This document shows positions 36,319-40,000 of a DNA stretch of 40,000 nucleotides, one piece after another (positions within the stretch are counted from its first letter, which is position 1; each line of letters opens with the position of its first letter). Both the position numbers and the translations under genes were made by a program. The notes under the pieces are model-generated. The model was not told the DNA's origin, made no database searches, and saw nothing but the letters and a program-made list of their open reading frames with translations. The stretch lies in sequence record OR413575.1; one strand, 5' to 3'. The stretch is from Salmonella phage SPLA10.

Positions 36319-36333
36319 TAGATGATAAAGATT

Positions 36334-36361
36334 AGGGGCCTTCGGGCTCCTTTTCTTTTTT
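36334..36361 (+). terminator. AGGGGCC-TTCG-GGCTCCT + T-tract
   Basis: 7-bp stem (one G-T), UUCG loop, T-rich tract. Confidence 0.9.
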
Positions 36362-36374
36362 GTCTGGGGGACAT

Positions 36375-36878
36375 ATGCGTAAAACACTATTAAGTTCAAT
36401 CTACGATGCATTCAGTGACTACGGTTATACCGATGAAGAGATTGATGAAGTAATGCATGAACTACTTGTCAAGGACGAAATAGAAGCGGATTTAGAACAC
36501 GGATGTTGTTTACCGGCGTTGACTGCGCAATGGATGCAGATTAAGAAGTATCAGTACATGCGTGATGAATTCAACTTTGAACTTATCCGTCAGGGCGATG
36601 TAGGGGAATGGGCAAGCATCATTAAGCTCATGGTATTGGACTGTACAACTAAGGAAGCACAACGTTGGGCAGAACAATCTATCCGTTATGTAATATCACC
36701 GGCTTATTGGCGCGATACTAAGATTATGTACGGAGTATCTTATTACCTTAACAAAGCAGCTATTAATAGCATGATACCTTTCGATGTAATTGCTGAAGCA
36801 GTAACTGCTGGTTATAATACTCACTATGGCCGTGACTTCGATAATCTGAAAGAAGAGATAAGGAAATATGTGGAATGA
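36375..36878 (+). CDS. hypothetical protein (167 aa from ATG)
   Basis: ATG 36375 with GGGGGA RBS. Confidence 0.8.
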   Translation: MRKTLLSSIYDAFSDYGYTDEEIDEVMHELLVKDEIEADLEHGCCLPALTAQWMQIKKYQYMRDEFNFELIRQGDVGEWASIIKLMVLDCTTKEAQRWAEQSIRYVISPAYWRDTKIMYGVSYYLNKAAINSMIPFDVIAEAVTAGYNTHYGRDFDNLKEEIRKYVE

Positions 36879-37270
36879 ATGCTGAAAGTAATACAATTGT
36901 ACACCGTTTACGTGAACTTGATTTAGACGGTATCGAAGACATCGTTCTGTATATTACTCAGGACATATCTGACGAATCGATGGAAACCATCATTAACAAA
37001 CATTTTGTTAACCACATGGTCATGATCATCGGTAACCAACTAAAAGAAGACGGTTTGCAATTCACTAGTGAAGTGATGTCTAATCTTTCTGATGATTTCA
37101 CTGCAGCTTGTGTAGCACGCTGGATGGACGATGTCGGACGCGAAGATGCTGATTCCGGAATGGTTACATTCGAAGAAGGTCGGAGAGTCATGCTCGAATA
37201 TCATGACAAGCAGTTACGTTACCGTGCAGTGGTTAAGGATGCACTTGGCCGTAAACGCAATCTACAGTGA
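36875..37270 (+). CDS. hypothetical protein (131 aa)
   Basis: ATGA overlap. Confidence 0.8.
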   Translation: MNAESNTIVHRLRELDLDGIEDIVLYITQDISDESMETIINKHFVNHMVMIIGNQLKEDGLQFTSEVMSNLSDDFTAACVARWMDDVGREDADSGMVTFEEGRRVMLEYHDKQLRYRAVVKDALGRKRNLQ

Positions 37271-37277
37271 CAGCACA

Positions 37278-37310
37278 AGAGAAGGGACATATGTCCCTTC
37301 TCTCTTTTTT
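37278..37310 (+). terminator. AGAGAAGGGACATATGTCCCTTCTCT + T-tract
   Basis: 26-nt perfect palindrome then CTTTTTT. Confidence 0.9.
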
Positions 37311-37334
37311 GACGCGTAGGAGATATACTTTGTA

Positions 37335-37676
37335 TTACGGCAGCGATGCCAAAAACGCGCTATGCAAGTCATCTATCAATTTTAGTCTGGGGTAGATAAT
37401 AACATCGTATTTGCTATCGAATTGAGTAGGTGAGGTCATTCCGTTGGCACGCATGATGATGTACCAATATTTACGTTCAGGCGTAATTTCTTCACGTATA
37501 AAGGAATGAAAGTTGTGTTTGTGGTGTTCATGCATAATCGGGTCAACTGTTAATGCTTCAATGTTGTTGACTCGAAGAATGTTAGGTAAGTTATCCTCAA
37601 CAGTTGCGATCCACAAAGGATTATACCAGCTAGCACCGCCTGGCTGGTTCATGAGTTCTTTCATCGGCATAATCAA
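37335..37676 (-). CDS. hypothetical protein (113 aa)
   Basis: Only substantial ORF in the interval; TAGGAT just upstream on - strand. Confidence 0.65.
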   Translation of the reverse strand: MIMPMKELMNQPGGASWYNPLWIATVEDNLPNILRVNNIEALTVDPIMHEHHKHNFHSFIREEITPERKYWYIIMRANGMTSPTQFDSKYDVIIYPRLKLIDDLHSAFLASLP

Positions 37677-37689
37677 AAGATCCTATAAG

Positions 37690-37707
37690 TATATATTACC
37701 TAAGTGT
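37690..37707 (+). promoter_or_regulatory. Putative early-type phage promoter TATATATTACCTAAGTGT
   Basis: Match to recurrent motif (17/18 to the degenerate consensus). Confidence 0.7.
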
Positions 37708-37740
37708 AATAGTTAATCGTTAATTAAAAGGAGTTCCTTT

Positions 37741-39858
37741 ATGGCACTAAAGCGAGCGTTACCAAATGACCGTCAGATAACTCCTCAGCTAGCAGGATTA
37801 TCTACAAACATGGTTTCAATGTCTCCAGGCGTATCTGCTTCGCGTGGTCAGATGGAAGGTGGTCAGGCTGCTCAAACGTTAGTGTTAAATAACCCAGACT
37901 ATCCACGTACGTACACCTGCGTGGAACAGGAAATGGCAAAATATACTTTTGCTAGTCGTGCCCGGTTTAACTGTGAAGTTATAGCTGTTATCGACAAGTT
38001 CCGTACAGGGTTATCGCGAGATGCTTTTTTGACCAACCCGTACTCGTTAGCGATCGTACGCGATTTAACGCGCCGCGGAAATCACTTCGATGTAATTGAA
38101 ATCCCGACGTACTTCTCGCATCATAACAACTTCGGTTATATGGGTGTTCCTCAACCGGCTCTTAAGAAAATCAGGCACCGCCCATGCCACTTAGAAAAAG
38201 GTGAGACGTTATACGACTCCCCAGGTAATGGTCCAGAAGGTTTCTATCGTCGTGGATTATTATCCAAAGTGGCGTTCTTAACCTCGCCTTATGTAACCGA
38301 GGATGGTTACTGGGCAAGTAACGAATGGTGCGAACGGGCGACTGCAACTGGCATTGGAGAAATCTTCATCACGGTTCCGAAAGGGCATTATCTCTTACCT
38401 ATTAACGGTACAAAAGACAATCCGAAATTCATCCCTTCACTGGGTGAAAAGATTCGTCCTGACGGCATGGTGTTATGTACTCGTGAAGCAGATCCAATCC
38501 TGGAGCTGTTCCAGCTTACCGATAAAGGGTCAAAAGAAGTGGACCTGACATTCGATGAGCCGAAGTACATTGAAGGCAGTTGCCGTAATGCAACTGTCAT
38601 CGACATTGAAGTGTATTTAAACGAACAAGAGTTCTTAAATACTCAGCCGTGTATGTTGGATGATGATGGTAACGAAATCCCGAACCAGATTGTACAGATC
38701 TGGAATGAACATAAACGTTACTATGGAGATATCATCAAAGTAGCAGAAGAGATTGAACGTGAGTGCGGAAAAACTCGCCCGGCGCAGTTTGAGAATCTCT
38801 TGTGTCAGGAGATTTATAAAGCTCAACACGTAGTCGGTTACAAGAATGCGAAACCTATTCGTTTCATGAATCACAGTCAAGCTATTCCGACTGCTACTAT
38901 TCGTATTAAGTATAAATACGATATCATCCCTGAGATCGGTTCTAAGATTGCCGGGGACTTCGGTGATAAAGGTGTGTTATGTCGTAAGACCCCAGCTAGT
39001 TGGATGCCTAAAGATAAACACGGGTTCGTTTGCGATCTCGTAGTACACGCCAACGCGACTATCAACCGAATGATCTCTGTACGTTTGGATGATCAGTATT
39101 TGGGAGCTCAATGTCTGTTGAAGGAAAAACGGGTCAAAGAGCTTTGGGAAGATGATAAATGGGAAGAAGCATTCGAGGTATTAGCTGAGTTCTATTCCGT
39201 AGCGACACCACGTGCTTATAAGGATAAGTTCCTGCCGTTCATGGTAACTAAGGAACGTCGTTATAATCATGTTAAATCCGTTGTGAACGGGCATATCATG
39301 CTGGAACTCAAGCAAAACGATACGCCGAACTTCATTGATCTTACTGAAGCATTAGAAGATCGCTGGCCGTATGATAAAGGACCAGTTACATTCCTGAATA
39401 CTCACGGGTTACCTCGTAAGTCTAAGGGAGATGTAATCATCGGTACATCCTACATTCGTGTACTGGAGAAAACCGGGCATGATTGGGGTGCTGTGGATAG
39501 CCCTGCTCGTCAGGCTCATGGTATCGCAGCGAAGGTTACTCACCGTGACCGTCATGCACGTCCATATCGTAAGCAACCGTATCGTTATGGCGAATCAGAA
39601 CTCCGTCCAATCGTAGCACTTTGCGGCGAAGACTGGGCAGCTGATATCATGGATCGTTCTAATAACCCGAAAGCCTCCGAAGAGATTTTCCGCAATATCA
39701 TGGAACATGAAACTCCGTCCAACATGGAAGAAGTAATTGACCGTAATAAAGTACCAGTAGGTAGTTCAGTAACGCACCAATATTTGCGCAACGCGTTATA
39801 TACTTCTGGTTCTGAATTTGAGCGTACTGATATCGGTAAGAAAACCGGAGATAAATAA
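37741..39858 (+). CDS. multisubunit RNA polymerase beta subunit, C-terminal fragment (705 aa)
   Basis: KYDIIPEIGSKIAGDFGDKGVLCRKTPASWMP matches beta-region GDKxAGRHGNKGV; NATINRMISVR; AKGAAR-like late region. Confidence 0.9.
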   Translation: MALKRALPNDRQITPQLAGLSTNMVSMSPGVSASRGQMEGGQAAQTLVLNNPDYPRTYTCVEQEMAKYTFASRARFNCEVIAVIDKFRTGLSRDAFLTNPYSLAIVRDLTRRGNHFDVIEIPTYFSHHNNFGYMGVPQPALKKIRHRPCHLEKGETLYDSPGNGPEGFYRRGLLSKVAFLTSPYVTEDGYWASNEWCERATATGIGEIFITVPKGHYLLPINGTKDNPKFIPSLGEKIRPDGMVLCTREADPILELFQLTDKGSKEVDLTFDEPKYIEGSCRNATVIDIEVYLNEQEFLNTQPCMLDDDGNEIPNQIVQIWNEHKRYYGDIIKVAEEIERECGKTRPAQFENLLCQEIYKAQHVVGYKNAKPIRFMNHSQAIPTATIRIKYKYDIIPEIGSKIAGDFGDKGVLCRKTPASWMPKDKHGFVCDLVVHANATINRMISVRLDDQYLGAQCLLKEKRVKELWEDDKWEEAFEVLAEFYSVATPRAYKDKFLPFMVTKERRYNHVKSVVNGHIMLELKQNDTPNFIDLTEALEDRWPYDKGPVTFLNTHGLPRKSKGDVIIGTSYIRVLEKTGHDWGAVDSPARQAHGIAAKVTHRDRHARPYRKQPYRYGESELRPIVALCGEDWAADIMDRSNNPKASEEIFRNIMEHETPSNMEEVIDRNKVPVGSSVTHQYLRNALYTSGSEFERTDIGKKTGDK

Positions 39859-40000
39859 GTGGAAAAAGTTTACGCCCGTGAGCTATTACATTGGGACACT
39901 CGCGACCTTTTAACCAATGAAGATAATCTGGAGCCAATACTCGTAGAGTTCGATGATGAAGTAATTGAAACTACGTGGCAAGAAACAATTGTGTCTCGGC
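39859..40000 (+). CDS. 5' end of hypothetical protein (MEKVYARELLHWDTRDLLTNEDNLEPILVEFDDEVIETTWQETIVSR…), truncated by window
   Basis: GTG start adjacent to the previous stop, open to window end. Confidence 0.55.
   Translation, partial: MEKVYARELLHWDTRDLLTNEDNLEPILVEFDDEVIETTWQETIVSR

Noticed and set aside
1-40000. Mobile elements, transposases, integrase or prophage attachment sites
   Set aside because: No transposase/integrase motif, terminal inverted repeats or direct-repeat-flanked module seen
1-40000. A known bacterial antiphage operon (CBASS, Thoeris, TA pair etc.)
   Set aside because: None of the ORFs shows recognisable signature motifs; the context is a lytic jumbo-phage core genome rather than a defence island

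Overview
The window reads as the interior of a jumbo, nucleus-forming (phiKZ-like / Chimalliviridae-type) phage genome. Sequence-level anchors are: (i) a phage tubulin (PhuZ-like) at 13469-14404 with a GGGATGAVV nucleotide-binding loop; (ii) an RNA polymerase beta' fragment with NADFDGDQM at 25367-26803; (iii) an RNA polymerase beta C-terminal fragment with GSKIAGDFGDKGVL at 37741-39858, i.e. a split multisubunit RNAP; (iv) a family-B DNA polymerase carrying motif C (GSDTDS) but no visible motif A; (v) a signal-peptide/SLT-like lytic transglycosylase; (vi) a probable SSB ending in DDTLPF; (vii) an SbcD/Mre11-like phosphoesterase. The left ~20 kb is dense with small, mostly plus-strand ORFs of unknown function. 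Highlights of the hunt: a recurring 18-nt motif TATATATTAYYWTAGTGA at seven ORF-proximal intergenic sites, resembling phiKZ-type early promoters and usually followed by an inverted repeat in the short leader; a tandem cassette (about 14.8-19.2 kb) of about 11 small acidic ORFs that seem to share a cryptic architecture; a 672-aa ORF next to the beta' fragment that is a positional candidate for the nuclear shell protein (chimallin); a 520/494/451-aa block before the beta fragment that may match the phiKZ gp68-gp69-gp70 interval; a structured 290-nt noncoding region behind phuZ; and overlooked micro-ORFs. All family assignments come from reading motifs by eye. No database search was possible.
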